DNA from: Minisyncoccota bacterium
Lineage (GTDB): Bacteria; Patescibacteriota; Minisyncoccia; Phycocordibacterales; UBA2100
NCBI GenBank assembly: GCA_035708165.1
Contig: DASSSZ010000001.1
Coordinates: 165,814-229,813, forward strand
Direction of reading: 5' to 3'
Length of the DNA stretch: 64,000 nucleotides
Both the position numbers and the translations under genes were made by a program. Below the pieces are notes generated by a model. It worked only from the letters and a program-made list of their open reading frames with translations, was not told the origin of the DNA and did no database searches. Below, piece by piece: positions 44,846-54,703 of this stretch (positions are counted from its first letter, which is position 1; each line of letters begins with the position of its first letter).

Positions 44846-45961
44846 TTAGCGCGACATGTCGCGTACGACATCCGCCATGATGGTTCCGTCCGGCTGTATG
44901 GTGCCGTTCAGGCGGATCGTGTCGCCTTCGGCGATATTCGAGGCGGGCATGTCGGTGCGCGTGTTATCCCAGATCGCTGCGCCATCCGCGAACGAGACGG
45001 TGTATGTGGCGCCATCATCCCCTGCGAGGATGATGGATCCGCTGCCGAGCGTGGAAGCGTCGCTCACGGTCCCGGTGTAGAGCGTCTCAGCCGCCTGCTG
45101 CCCGGAGTGAGTGCTTGTCGCCGAGCTCGATGCCGGAGCACTCGAGACAGCGTCGCCGACTATGCCTGAGCCGTACGGCTGCGTCCCCGTGGCGCCGGAT
45201 GCGCTGCTCGTCGCGGCGGATGCGCCGATCGGCGTCGTCGTCCAGTCGCGCACGACCGTCGCATCGATGGTCCAGTCATCGGATGCCGAGATCGTGCCGA
45301 TCACGCCGACGAAGTCGCCAGGGCTGATGCTCGCGATACTATCGGCCGGGCCGGCAGCTACATCTGTCGCACTGCTGACCCTGACGGTCCAGAGTCCGCC
45401 CCAGCTCGAGATGAGGAGCGCTGTGCCCTGCGCTGTCGTCGTGCCCGTCATGACCTGCGCGGTGCCGCGCAGGAGGACGGAGCCGTCCGTGCCGATTTCG
45501 ACGACTTGCGGCGCGGCAGCTGGCGACGGAGCAGCAATGACCGGCTCAGCTGCGGGAGCCTGCGCGAGGATCGCTTCCGCTGCCGCCTGCGCAGCCGCTG
45601 CGCTCGTGGCCGTACTCGAAGCCGCTGTCGAAGATGTCGAAGACGCGGCACCTGTCATCACTGGCGTGCCGCTCGCGTTTCCCGTCGTGCTCGCAGCGCT
45701 CGTCGCGACCGACTGGGTCGTCGTGGCGCTGGATGAAGCGCTCACCGGCAGGATAACCGTTCCGTCACTCCCGATATACGGGCCGAGCGAGTTTCCTGTC
45801 ACCTGCGGCGGGGGTCCAAGCGAAGCGCCGGGAGTTACGGACCCGTACGGCACGACCTGCGCCGCGGCCACATTGGCGATGAGGGCAACCAGCGACGCAA
45901 GCGCGACCGATGCCGCTGCCGCTGTCATGAACTGCGAAGAAGGGAGTCGAAGGGATGTCAT
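44846..45961 (-). CDS. Secreted Ser/Thr/Ala-rich low-complexity surface protein
   Basis: Signal peptide, then long S/T/A tracts and beta-rich segments. Confidence 0.5.
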   Translation of the reverse strand: MTSLRLPSSQFMTAAAASVALASLVALIANVAAAQVVPYGSVTPGASLGPPPQVTGNSLGPYIGSDGTVILPVSASSSATTTQSVATSAASTTGNASGTPVMTGAASSTSSTAASSTATSAAAAQAAAEAILAQAPAAEPVIAAPSPAAAPQVVEIGTDGSVLLRGTAQVMTGTTTAQGTALLISSWGGLWTVRVSSATDVAAGPADSIASISPGDFVGVIGTISASDDWTIDATVVRDWTTTPIGASAATSSASGATGTQPYGSGIVGDAVSSAPASSSATSTHSGQQAAETLYTGTVSDASTLGSGSIILAGDDGATYTVSFADGAAIWDNTRTDMPASNIAEGDTIRLNGTIQPDGTIMADVVRDMSR

Positions 45962-46133
45962 AGGGAAATCCGCATGCGATGAAACCTAAGGCACGCATGG
46001 CATGCAGCATGCGCACAGCCACACCCTACGGCGCTGGGGCTGAACCGGCGGTGAACAGGCTCTTGCAATGGACACTCGTCGCGCTACGATAGATGCATAC
46101 CAGTTGATGTGTCGCATAGGCGACGATACCGCT

Positions 46134-46529
46134 ATGCAATTCTTCAATCAGTTCATCTCATTCCTCTTCGGCTGCGCGTTCGCGGCCGGAACATGCGCCG
46201 GCGCACCGGCAGGCAGCGTTCATGACGTCTCGGTCGTGCAGAGCGCGAGCGGCACCCCTTCTGTCACGGTCGTCACGAGCATTGACGGCAGCACCACGAA
46301 GCGCACGCTCGATGCGCCGTACGGCGTCGCCAGCGCGATCGACTCGGAAACCGTGAACGGGAAGACCGTGACGCACGCCACCACGACGGCCCTCAGCAAG
46401 GAGGATGCTGCGCGCATGCAGCAGGACCTGCTCGCGCAGCAGAAACGCATGGAAGAGCAATTCGCGCAGATGCAGCAGGAAATGAATGCGCAATTCGCGC
46501 AGATGCAGCAGCTGTTCGGAGGCTTCTAG
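46134..46529 (+). CDS. Secreted/lipoprotein-like hypothetical with Gln/Met-rich C-terminal repeats (start MQFFNQFISFLFGC)
   Basis: Signal peptide with LFGC lipobox-like motif. C-terminal QFAQMQQ-type repeats. Confidence 0.45.
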   Translation: MQFFNQFISFLFGCAFAAGTCAGAPAGSVHDVSVVQSASGTPSVTVVTSIDGSTTKRTLDAPYGVASAIDSETVNGKTVTHATTTALSKEDAARMQQDLLAQQKRMEEQFAQMQQEMNAQFAQMQQLFGGF

Positions 46530-46532
46530 GCC

Positions 46533-46868
46533 CTACTCCACGACGACTGCCGTGCCGTATGCGAGCACTTCGGTGACGCCCGAAGAGATTTCGGTCGCGT
46601 CATACCGGAAGCCGATGATCGCGTTCGCGCCCATCTCGGCGGCATGCTCGCACATGAGCGCATAGGCGTGGTCGCGGGCCTGCTCGCAGAGCCGCGTATA
46701 GAGCGTGATATTGCCGCCGAAGAGCGTCTGGATGCCGGCGCCGATATTCCCGACGATCGAGCGCGAGCGCACGATGATGCCGCGGCTCACGCCGAGGTTC
46801 TTCGCGATGCGCTTCCCCGGCAACTCGAATGCGGTCGTCACGTTCACGGGATCGATGCTGGATGCCAT
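46533..46868 (-). CDS. YbjQ/UPF0145 family protein (start [10 protein letters not shown])
   Basis: ~112 aa. Characteristic Gxx[11 protein letters not shown] block. Confidence 0.65.
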   Translation of the reverse strand: MASSIDPVNVTTAFELPGKRIAKNLGVSRGIIVRSRSIVGNIGAGIQTLFGGNITLYTRLCEQARDHAYALMCEHAAEMGANAIIGFRYDATEISSGVTEVLAYGTAVVVE

Positions 46869-46976
46869 ATGCGGATAGTATAGCGCATGCATGGACCCTA
46901 TGCGCACGGCCACTGGACAGCCGCGCTACGGCTGCCATACTTCACCCTAGCCACACGATCAGCATAGGAGGGATAC

Positions 46977-47288
46977 GTGAGAGGAAGCATCATCGAGCGG
47001 GACGGGCGGCGCTACCTGCGCCTGCTGTGGGGGACGGAGCGGATCGAAGTGCATCTCGGCACTACAGGATTCGAGTGCCGGCTTGCCGGATCGCCGTGTG
47101 CGGCAGCAGAGATCAACCTTGCGGATGTGATCATCCCCGACGACGCTGCCCTGCTGTGCACGGCAGCCGCGCTCGCCCACGCTCCGGCCACAGCGGATGA
47201 GCCGATGCTGCGGGACGCGGCGGCGCTCATGGAAGCATGGGTGACGCTGCGGCTGAGCGTGCAGTTGCGCGCGCAGCTAGCCGCATGA
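46977..47288 (+). CDS. Hypothetical protein (103 aa), weak
   Basis: Fills the gap between convergent genes. No family recognised. Confidence 0.25.
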   Translation: MRGSIIERDGRRYLRLLWGTERIEVHLGTTGFECRLAGSPCAAAEINLADVIIPDDAALLCTAAALAHAPATADEPMLRDAAALMEAWVTLRLSVQLRAQLAA

Positions 47289-47347
47289 TCATGCGACACA
47301 CTGAGACGGCAGCCCTGATCGGCTGCCGTTTTTGCTTGCCTGCCGCG

Positions 47348-48865
47348 CTAGATGGACGCGACCGTATCGTAGAACTGGTTATCTTCCCGATACCCTCCCC
47401 GCCCCTTCCTGATGTCGCGGATATCGTCCGCGAGCTCGATCGCCTTGATGTACTTCACCATCTTGAATCCGAGCTTCGATTCCACGCGCAGGCGCAAGGG
47501 AGCGCCGTGCGGGATCGGGAGCGGGTTCCAATTCATCTCGTACGCGAGGATCGTCTGCGGGCGTCGCGCGTGCGAGAGCGGGAGCGATCCGTAGAACTGG
47601 TAGCCATCATCCTTGATGTCGTACGCGTAGAAGACGATGTATTTCGCCTCCGGCTTCACCTTCACGTGCTTCAGGAGCTCGGAAACCTGCACGCCGCCCC
47701 ACTCGGCCACGGCAGACCAGCCCTGGATGCAGTTGTGCTTCGCGATGTGCTCGGCCTTCGGGAGCTTCTGCAGGTCCTCGAGCGAGAAGAACGCCTCTTC
47801 CTCGACGAGGCCGCCGACCCGCAGCTTCCAGTCCTTGAAGCCGTTCTCCTTGAGCGCGAGCCACTCGGGCGTCGTCGGCGGGTAGCCGTTCACGCGATGG
47901 TACGGCGAGATGTCCTCGCGCGTATAGCGCTGCCGCGAGACGAGCCGCCCGAACAAGCCTTCCATGAGAGGCTCGAGCAGCCGATCGCCGAGGATCTGCC
48001 AGCGGCGCTGGTCGGCGAGCGTGTACCAGGTCGCCCAGATGTTGATGAGGATGAGGCCCGCGATGATCCCGAAGAAGATGAGGATCCCCGCGTTCATCGA
48101 AATGCCAGTCCCGGCGGTCATACTTCCGATGGAGCTCGGGAACCCGACCGCGAGGACGAGCGTCACGTGGACGACGATGAAGGCGACGAACAGCAGCATG
48201 ATGATGAAGTGGATGCTGCGGGCGGACTGTCTCCCGCCGAAGAGCTTCGCGTACCAAGGGAAGCGCCCGATGAATGCCGGCGACATGCACAGCCCGGTCG
48301 CGATCTGGAGCGGCGCCAGGACGAAGATGACGAGGAAGTACGTCAGCTGCTGGAGCGGATCGAAGGGCGTGAATGCCGACGCGGGCGGCGTGTGGAAGGT
48401 CGCGTACGTCACGAACGTATGCAGCGATTCAGGGATGATCGACCAGCTCGTGGGAACGATATCCTTCCACATGCCCGTCGCGAAGAGGAGAAAGACGTAG
48501 ACGACGCCGTTCACGACCCAGGTGAGCGCCGCGAGAAAGTGCCAGCGCCGCCCCGAGCCGAGATTGTGGCGGCCGCCGGGAAGCGCGATGAGCGAGCTCA
48601 CGTTCTCCGCCTCGTCCATCGAGGTCCAGAGCTTGTCCTTGGGCATTATCTTCTTCCCGAACTTGATCCATTCCGTCCCGTCCATGGCGTCGTCGTTCCA
48701 ATAGAGCTTCGGGTGGTCCGAGAGGATCTGGATGCCTGCACGGATGAGGAAGATCATGAGGACCGCATTGATCCAGTGCGTGACCTGTACCCACAGCGGG
48801 AAGGTGAACGTGAAGAAGGGCATCACAGGGTATGGTACCGCAGAGATCGCCGGTTCAAAGTGCAC
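47348..48865 (-). CDS. Membrane molybdopterin-dependent oxidoreductase: N-terminal cytochrome-b-like (MsrQ/YedZ-like) TM domain fused to C-terminal sulfite-oxidase-fold (MsrP/YedY-like) domain
   Basis: 5-6 TM helices with conserved His. The C-terminal region has the Oxidored_molyb pattern (..CIQGWS..; ..ILAYEMNWNPLPIPHGAPLRLRV..). Lys-rich composition, unlike the Arg-rich host genes. Confidence 0.5.
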   Translation of the reverse strand: MHFEPAISAVPYPVMPFFTFTFPLWVQVTHWINAVLMIFLIRAGIQILSDHPKLYWNDDAMDGTEWIKFGKKIMPKDKLWTSMDEAENVSSLIALPGGRHNLGSGRRWHFLAALTWVVNGVVYVFLLFATGMWKDIVPTSWSIIPESLHTFVTYATFHTPPASAFTPFDPLQQLTYFLVIFVLAPLQIATGLCMSPAFIGRFPWYAKLFGGRQSARSIHFIIMLLFVAFIVVHVTLVLAVGFPSSIGSMTAGTGISMNAGILIFFGIIAGLILINIWATWYTLADQRRWQILGDRLLEPLMEGLFGRLVSRQRYTREDISPYHRVNGYPPTTPEWLALKENGFKDWKLRVGGLVEEEAFFSLEDLQKLPKAEHIAKHNCIQGWSAVAEWGGVQVSELLKHVKVKPEAKYIVFYAYDIKDDGYQFYGSLPLSHARRPQTILAYEMNWNPLPIPHGAPLRLRVESKLGFKMVKYIKAIELADDIRDIRKGRGGYREDNQFYDTVASI

Positions 48866-48963
48866 AAGATAGCCCTTCCCTTGCCCTGGCGGGGAGCCCT
48901 GGCCGAGGCAGCATGCACCGCGAAAGCCCTTCGCACCGGGCGATTGCTATATACTCATTCTAT

Positions 48964-49512
48964 ATGCGCAAGATATTCCTTTTCATGATGGTGAGCCTCG
49001 ACGGCTACTTCGAGGGTACGGGGCACGACATCTCATGGCACAACGTCGATGCCGAATTCAATGCGTTCGCGCATGAGCAGAACAACCAACTCGACACTGT
49101 GCTTTTCGGACGCCGCACCTATGACCTTATGGCGAGCTTCTGGCCCACGCCCGAGGGCATGCGCGATGACGATGCCACGGCGCAGTGGATGATGCGGGCG
49201 AAGAAGGTCGTGGTGTCCGAGCCGTTCGAGCCGACGTGGGAGAATACGACAGTCGTGAGCGGCAACGTCGCGGATGAGATCAGGAAGCTCAAGGAGGAGC
49301 CGGGGACGGATATTGCGCTCCTCGGCAGCAACATGCTGTGCGTGAGCCTCATGGAAGCGGGGCTTGTCGACGAATTCAGGCTGATGGTGAATCCGATCGC
49401 CATCGGCAACGGCACGCCCCTGTTTTCCGGGCTCTCGAAGCCGCACGCGCTCACGCTCATCGATTCGCGCACGTTCGCGAACGGGAACGTACTCAACCGC
49501 TACGCGAACTGA
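48964..49512 (+). CDS. Dihydrofolate-reductase-family protein (RibD C-terminal domain / YwjB-like)
   Basis: MRKIFLFMMVSLDGYFEG..VLFGRRTYDLM..LMVNPIAIGNGTPLF is the RibD_C pattern. Confidence 0.65.
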   Translation: MRKIFLFMMVSLDGYFEGTGHDISWHNVDAEFNAFAHEQNNQLDTVLFGRRTYDLMASFWPTPEGMRDDDATAQWMMRAKKVVVSEPFEPTWENTTVVSGNVADEIRKLKEEPGTDIALLGSNMLCVSLMEAGLVDEFRLMVNPIAIGNGTPLFSGLSKPHALTLIDSRTFANGNVLNRYAN

Positions 49513-49520
49513 TCCGAGTC

Positions 49521-49976
49521 ATGGAATCGAATGCTGCGCAAACGCAGAATCCCGCTCTCGAACCGCTCGGCATCCTTGCCGGCGAATGGCGCACCGAGGG
49601 TACGCATCCCTACATCCCGGATACGACCCTCCACGGAAGCGCACAGATAGCGTGGATCGAAGGGGGCGCGTTCCTGATCATGCGCTCGCATATCGACGAC
49701 GAGCGCATCCCGGACGGCATCGAGATCTTCGGCAGCGACGACGCGCTGAAGGCATTCTTCATGCTCCATTTCGACGAACGAGGCGTCTCGCGGAAATACG
49801 AAGTCTCATTCGAGCGCAACGTGCTGACGTGGCAGCGGGACGATCCGCACTTCCTCCAGCGGATGGTGCTCACCATCTCGGACGACGGAAACACCATCGA
49901 GAGCAGGGGCGAGATGAATCGGGACAAAGCGGGATGGGAGCCGGACCTGCAGCTTACGTATACGCGCATCTCGTAA
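49521..49976 (+). CDS. Hypothetical protein (DUF1579/lipocalin-like?)
   Basis: 151 aa, beta-rich, starts MESNAAQTQNPALEPLGILAGEWRTEG. Confidence 0.4.
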   Translation: MESNAAQTQNPALEPLGILAGEWRTEGTHPYIPDTTLHGSAQIAWIEGGAFLIMRSHIDDERIPDGIEIFGSDDALKAFFMLHFDERGVSRKYEVSFERNVLTWQRDDPHFLQRMVLTISDDGNTIESRGEMNRDKAGWEPDLQLTYTRIS

Positions 49977-50036
49977 GGACGCAGCATGCAATGACGCCAC
50001 GCCTCCGCCTTGGCGTCAGGTATCTGCGGAGGCGGA

Positions 50037-50121
50037 GGGATTCGAACCCTCGAGAGCTTGCACCCTACACGCTTTCCAAGCGTGCGCACTAGACCACTAT
50101 GCGACGCCTCCGTATCGGTTT
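50037..50121 (-). tRNA. tRNA-Ser (anticodon GGA), class II with long variable arm
   Basis: Manual fold of the reverse complement: acceptor GGAGGCG/CGCCTCC, anticodon stem CACGC/GCGTG with loop TTGGAAA, 16-nt variable arm, T-arm GAGGG-TTCGAAT-CCCTC, discriminator G. Confidence 0.8.
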
Positions 50122-50206
50122 CCGGCCTAGTATACAGGAAGAACCTGCCCTCGAGAACCTCCTCGCCATGGTACACTGTGCGGCATAGCAGTTTCATTAG
50201 GAAAGC

Positions 50207-51002
50207 CATGTCTCCAACCCTGCAGAAGCTCCTTATCCCTATCGCGATCGTGATCGCCGGCCTCCTGGTCGCAGGATCGATCATCTTCGTCGAGCTGCAC
50301 CAGAGCGGCACCGCGGCGGCATCCGGGCAGACGCAGACGAAGCCCATCCCGCTGGTCTCGAAGGATGATCACATCCAGGGCAACCCGAACGCGAAGGTCG
50401 TGATCGTCGAGTACTCCGATCCGGAGTGCCCGTTCTGCAAGCAGTTCAATACGACGCTCGAGCAGATCATGGCGAAGTACGGCAGCACCGGGGATGTCGC
50501 GTGGGTGTACCGCCACTTCCCCATCCCGCAGCTGCACCCCAAGGCGCCGAAGGAAGCCGAGGCGCTCGAGTGCGTGAACGAGCTCGGCGGCGCAGACAAG
50601 TTCTGGCAATACGAGAAGCTGATCTACCAGACGACGAACTCGAACAACTCGCTCGATGATGGCGTCTATAACACGCCGGAACCCGTCCCGACGGATGCGA
50701 ACGGCACGCCGTACTACACGGAGAAGAAGCCGGCCAGCGCGACGGATGCTGGCGAGCTGAGCGCGATGGCCGTGCAAGTCGGCGTCGATAAGACGGCATT
50801 CGAGCAGTGCCTCGCGAGCGGCAAGTACGCGGGCCTGGTCTCGCAGGAGGCGAATGATGCCATGGCGGCCGGCGGCAATGGCACGCCGTTCTCAGTCATC
50901 CTCATCGGCAAGCAGCAGATCCCGATCGAGGGCGCCCAGCCGCTCTCCACGATCGAAGGCCTGATCGATCAGGTCCTCAACGGCACGAGCACGGGGCAGT
51001 AG
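50207..51002 (+). CDS. DsbA/BdbD-like thiol:disulfide oxidoreductase with N-terminal TM anchor
   Basis: YSDPECPFCKQF (CxxC) in a thioredoxin fold, downstream of a TM helix. Start at MSPTLQKLLIPIAIV. Confidence 0.7.
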
Positions 51003-51046
51003 CGTACCGAACCCCCCGACGAAGACGCCCCGCGCTGCGGGGCGTC

Positions 51047-54000
51047 TTAATTCTCGAGCGCGAGCGCCGGCACCTCGAAGGGCGCGCTGCCCGCGATGAC
51101 CTGCTCGTGCAAGGCGCAGTATTCGCACTCCGTGTCGTCGCAGTGCGTGTCCCAGAACGCGAGCGTGTAGATCTCGTTCGCGACGCGTGCGATCTCCTTC
51201 TTCAGCGCGGCGACCGCGTCTCCGTCGTATGCGAAATCGTGCGTGACGGTCTTGCCCGCCTTGTCGGGCTCGATGAACTCGAGCGTGAGCGTCCGTGGCG
51301 CCTCCATCTGCCCCTGCTCCATGAGGATGCAATAGAACGTGAGCTGGCGGACATAATCTCCGTCCGCGTTCTTCGTCTTCCCTTCGAGCTCATCGCGCGT
51401 CCGGTGCCTGCCGGTCTTGTAGTCGATCACGTGCAGGCTGCCGTCCTCCGGGAACTCGATCACGTCGAGGAGCCCCCGCAGCAGCACGCGCTCGAGCGCG
51501 CCTTCGATGGGCAGGTAGACGTCGAACTTCTTCTCGCACAGCGCGCGGAGCGGGAGCGCATGCGCATGCCGCTCATACCAGTCGGTGAGCGCGCGCTCGC
51601 CTTTCCTCTTCGCGTCCTCGTAGGAAGCGGGCGAGAACCCCTGCGTATCGATCGAGACGGAAAGGAACTCGAGGAGCGCCGGCAGCGCCGGCATTTCGCC
51701 GGTCGCATTCGCCGTCTCGCGGAAGAGGCGCAGGGCATTGTGCATCGCATTGCCGTAGAGCGAGCTCGCGTTCGACTTCTCCGGCAGGCGCACGAGATTG
51801 CGGTAGAAGTACTTCCAGGGGCACGAGAGATAGTTGTTGAGCGCCGTCGCTGAGAGCCCCTGCTCGAGGAACGCGTCCGCGATATAGGCATGATCGCTGA
51901 TGGCATGCACCGGCGGCGTCGGCCGCGCGAAGGCATCGTGCGGCTCCTGGGCCGCCTCGAACGATTCCGTCTCGCGCTCGATCATGAGCGCTGGGTCGAT
52001 CTCGAGCATGAACTGGGTGACGCCCGCTTCGCGCGTGCGCGCGCCGGAAGTGAGCCCGTACGAGACGGAGACGTACTGCTTGCCGCGCGTGAGCGCCACG
52101 TAGAAGAGCCGGCGCTCGTCCTCGAGATCGGAGGCATCGCCTGCGCCGGAGAGCGTCGCGAGCGGCAGCCGGTTCGGATCCGAGCGGTTCCCCCACTTCT
52201 TGTCGCGGGCCCGCACGATGTAGACGTGCTCGTACTCGAGTCCCTTGCTGCGGTGCGCCGTCGTGAGGTGCACGGCGGCGGCGCGCTCCTTGGGCTGCGT
52301 ATCCGGCTCGATCTCGATGCGATACTCCTCGTAAAGCCCGAGGTCGCGGACGAAGTCGGCGCCGGAGTAGAGTGTCGCCCCCTCGCTGCGCTCCTCAAGC
52401 GTCTTCGCGAGCCCGCGGACGGCGCTGAGGACCGAGACGGCGTCAGACCGCGTCAGCACGTAGGAAAGATAGCCGCTCTCGTGCAGGAGCCGGTCGAAGA
52501 AATCGCGCGCCGCATCCTCCGTCGCGCTCTTCGCGAGCGACTCCACGGTGCGGGCGAATGCGAGCACGGCCGCCGGATCGCGTACGCGCGCCGCCGTGAG
52601 GGCCGTCGCATCCCCCGCGGTCTCGAGGAATGGCTGCCGCCGCTTCCCTGCTTCGATCATGACCTTGAAGGCATCGCCGGGCGTGATGCCGGTCCACGGG
52701 AACTGGAGGGCGTACCCGGCATACTCGTCGCTGCCGATGTGCGTCACGAGCCGGAGATACGTCAGGAGCTGCGCGACGCAGTGATCATGGAAGATCGACC
52801 CCTTGGAATCGAGCGTATGCAAGATGCCGCGCTTCGCGAGTGCTCGGGCGAACGGCATCGCATCGGCGTTCGTGCGGTACATGATGGCGATCTCGCCGGG
52901 TGCGACGCCTTCCGCGATCTTGCGCTCGATATCCTGCACGACCCAGCTCATCTCGAGCTCCTCGGTGCTGAAGGCGCGCAGCTCGAGCTCGGCGAGATGG
53001 GGAGCGCTGACGCGGCTCTCGAGCTTCGGGTGCCGCTCGGCCGGGACGGACGCCTGCATGAGGGCATGGGCCGCATCGAGGAGCCGCGTGCCGGAGCGGT
53101 ACGAATCGGTGAGGCTGATGGCGCGGGCCTGCGGGAAGCGCTCGCGGAACCGATCGAAGCTCTCGAGCGAAGCGCCCTGGAAGCGGAAGATCGCCTGCTT
53201 CTCATCGCCCACGATGAAGAGGTTCGGGTTCTCATCGTAGGAGACCAGGAGATCGAGCAGCGTATTCTGCGCCCCGTTCGCATCCTGGTGCTCGTCGGCC
53301 AGGATGTAGAGGAACTGCTCCTGGACCATGAGCCGGAAGGATTCGTCCTCGGCGAGCGCCCGCACCACCTCGCTGATCATGTCCTCGAAATCGAACTTCC
53401 GCTTCGCGGCGAGCTCCAGCTCGTAGCGCTCGAACACGAGCCCGAGCTCGTGCTCGCGCGCAAGCTGCGTCATGCGCGTCTGCACCGCGCCCTTGACCTT
53501 TCCCGCGTACTTGCCTTTCTCATGCCGCGATGCCGGATCTGCGTCGAGCTCTTCGAGCAGCCGCGCCGAGGTCTCAAGCACGTCCTGCGGCGTCTTCCCC
53601 TCGCGCTTGAGGGTCCCGATCGCCCCTTTGATCGCCGTCACGTAGTAGTACGGATCGCCGAACGGCTTCAGCGTATCGAGCGGGAGCGATTCGATCGCCT
53701 CGCGCAGGAGCTTGATCGCCTCGATCTCGGTGATCGCCGTCGAGCTGATGATGCGCGGGAAGTATTCCGGATGCGCGTGGATGACCTCGTTGCAGAAGCC
53801 GTGGAACGTGTGGATGCGGACGGAGTACGCGGTCGGCCCGATCAGCGAGAGCAAGCGGCGCTTCATCGCGTCGACACCGGCCTCGGTGAACGTCAGGGCC
53901 AGGATGGCATCCGGCGGCGTATCGGTGGATTTGAGGATATTCGCGATCCTCAGCGTGAGGATCTGGGTCTTCCCTGTCCCCGGCCCGGCCACCACCATGA

Positions 54001-54088
54001 CCGGCCCCTCGAGCGTATCAACCGCCTCTCGCTGCGCGGCATTGAGCCTCTGGTACGCCGCGTCGAATTGCGGGGTTGTCTTCGCCAT
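51047..54088 (-). CDS. UvrD/PcrA-family SF1 helicase fused to a C-terminal Cas4/AddB-type PD-(D/E)xK nuclease with Cys4 cluster (AddA-like helicase-nuclease)
   Basis: Walker A AGPGTGKTQ, DExx ILADEHQD, VALTRGK motif VI. C-terminal LSCPWKYFYR, VIDYKTG, QLTFY and CDDTECEYC. Confidence 0.8.
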   Translation of the reverse strand: MAKTTPQFDAAYQRLNAAQREAVDTLEGPVMVVAGPGTGKTQILTLRIANILKSTDTPPDAILALTFTEAGVDAMKRRLLSLIGPTAYSVRIHTFHGFCNEVIHAHPEYFPRIISSTAITEIEAIKLLREAIESLPLDTLKPFGDPYYYVTAIKGAIGTLKREGKTPQDVLETSARLLEELDADPASRHEKGKYAGKVKGAVQTRMTQLAREHELGLVFERYELELAAKRKFDFEDMISEVVRALAEDESFRLMVQEQFLYILADEHQDANGAQNTLLDLLVSYDENPNLFIVGDEKQAIFRFQGASLESFDRFRERFPQARAISLTDSYRSGTRLLDAAHALMQASVPAERHPKLESRVSAPHLAELELRAFSTEELEMSWVVQDIERKIAEGVAPGEIAIMYRTNADAMPFARALAKRGILHTLDSKGSIFHDHCVAQLLTYLRLVTHIGSDEYAGYALQFPWTGITPGDAFKVMIEAGKRRQPFLETAGDATALTAARVRDPAAVLAFARTVESLAKSATEDAARDFFDRLLHESGYLSYVLTRSDAVSVLSAVRGLAKTLEERSEGATLYSGADFVRDLGLYEEYRIEIEPDTQPKERAAAVHLTTAHRSKGLEYEHVYIVRARDKKWGNRSDPNRLPLATLSGAGDASDLEDERRLFYVALTRGKQYVSVSYGLTSGARTREAGVTQFMLEIDPALMIERETESFEAAQEPHDAFARPTPPVHAISDHAYIADAFLEQGLSATALNNYLSCPWKYFYRNLVRLPEKSNASSLYGNAMHNALRLFRETANATGEMPALPALLEFLSVSIDTQGFSPASYEDAKRKGERALTDWYERHAHALPLRALCEKKFDVYLPIEGALERVLLRGLLDVIEFPEDGSLHVIDYKTGRHRTRDELEGKTKNADGDYVRQLTFYCILMEQGQMEAPRTLTLEFIEPDKAGKTVTHDFAYDGDAVAALKKEIARVANEIYTLAFWDTHCDDTECEYCALHEQVIAGSAPFEVPALALEN

Positions 54089-54133
54089 GGCGGCAGTATA
54101 GCATCAGACCCAGCCAGAAGAAGGAGAGAAGGT

Positions 54134-54622
54134 ATGCCCGGTGAGTTCCTGATCGTGCTCCCGATCGAGCCGATCATGCCGGATACCGCCTACGCGGCAG
54201 GCACCCCGCTGCCGATGCACTGCACGCTGATGCCATGGTTCCGATGGGCCGCGGACGGAGCCGAGACGAGCGCGCTCATGTTCCTCCTCGAGGGACTGGC
54301 CGGGGATCGCACGAAAGGCGCCTTGCAGCTGGTATCGGCAGGCCCCGACATGTTCGGGCCGAACGGCGACGTACCCGTGCACGTCCTTTCGCGCAACAGG
54401 GAGCTCGAGCTGCTGCACACGCGCCTCCTGATCAGCCTTGCGATGTACCGGGTCCGGTTCCGCGATCTCGCGTGGCTCGGCGCCGGGTACCGCCCGCATG
54501 TAGGCGACGTGCGCGTCACGGCGCATGATGCAGGCCGCACCTTCGCAGCGGACCGGATCGTGCTCATCAGCCGCAATGAGGCCGGCGCGAAGATCGTCAC
54601 CTCGGCACATCGCCTCGACTAG
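54134..54622 (+). CDS. Hypothetical protein (162 aa), possibly degenerate 2H-phosphoesterase/LigT-like
   Basis: GAAGGAGAGAAGG RBS. One clean HxTx motif (HCTL) and a degenerate second (PHVGD). Corresponds to the last 163 codons of the otherwise antisense 910-aa track ORF. Confidence 0.35.
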   Translation: MPGEFLIVLPIEPIMPDTAYAAGTPLPMHCTLMPWFRWAADGAETSALMFLLEGLAGDRTKGALQLVSAGPDMFGPNGDVPVHVLSRNRELELLHTRLLISLAMYRVRFRDLAWLGAGYRPHVGDVRVTAHDAGRTFAADRIVLISRNEAGAKIVTSAHRLD

Positions 54623-54639
54623 CGAGAGGCCCCTGCATG

Positions 54640-54676
54640 AAAAACGGCTCGCGGATTCCCGCGAGCCGTTCCTCTT
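54640..54676. terminator. Bidirectional intrinsic terminator between convergent 54134..54622 and rpoD
   Basis: 12-bp stem AACGGCTCGCGG-attc-CCGCGAGCCGTT, flanked by an A5 run (U-run for the rpoD transcript) and CCTCTTTTG. Confidence 0.65.
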
Positions 54677-54703
54677 TTGCCGCCCGCAGGGCGTGCTTCC
54701 GGC

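Noticed and set aside
51890-54105. Upstream ~740 codons of the 910-aa plus-strand ORF 51890..54622
   Set aside because: It is antisense to the UvrD/nuclease gene and its composition is Arg/Leu/Glu junk. Only its last 163 codons (54134..54622), with their own RBS, are retained as a real small gene.
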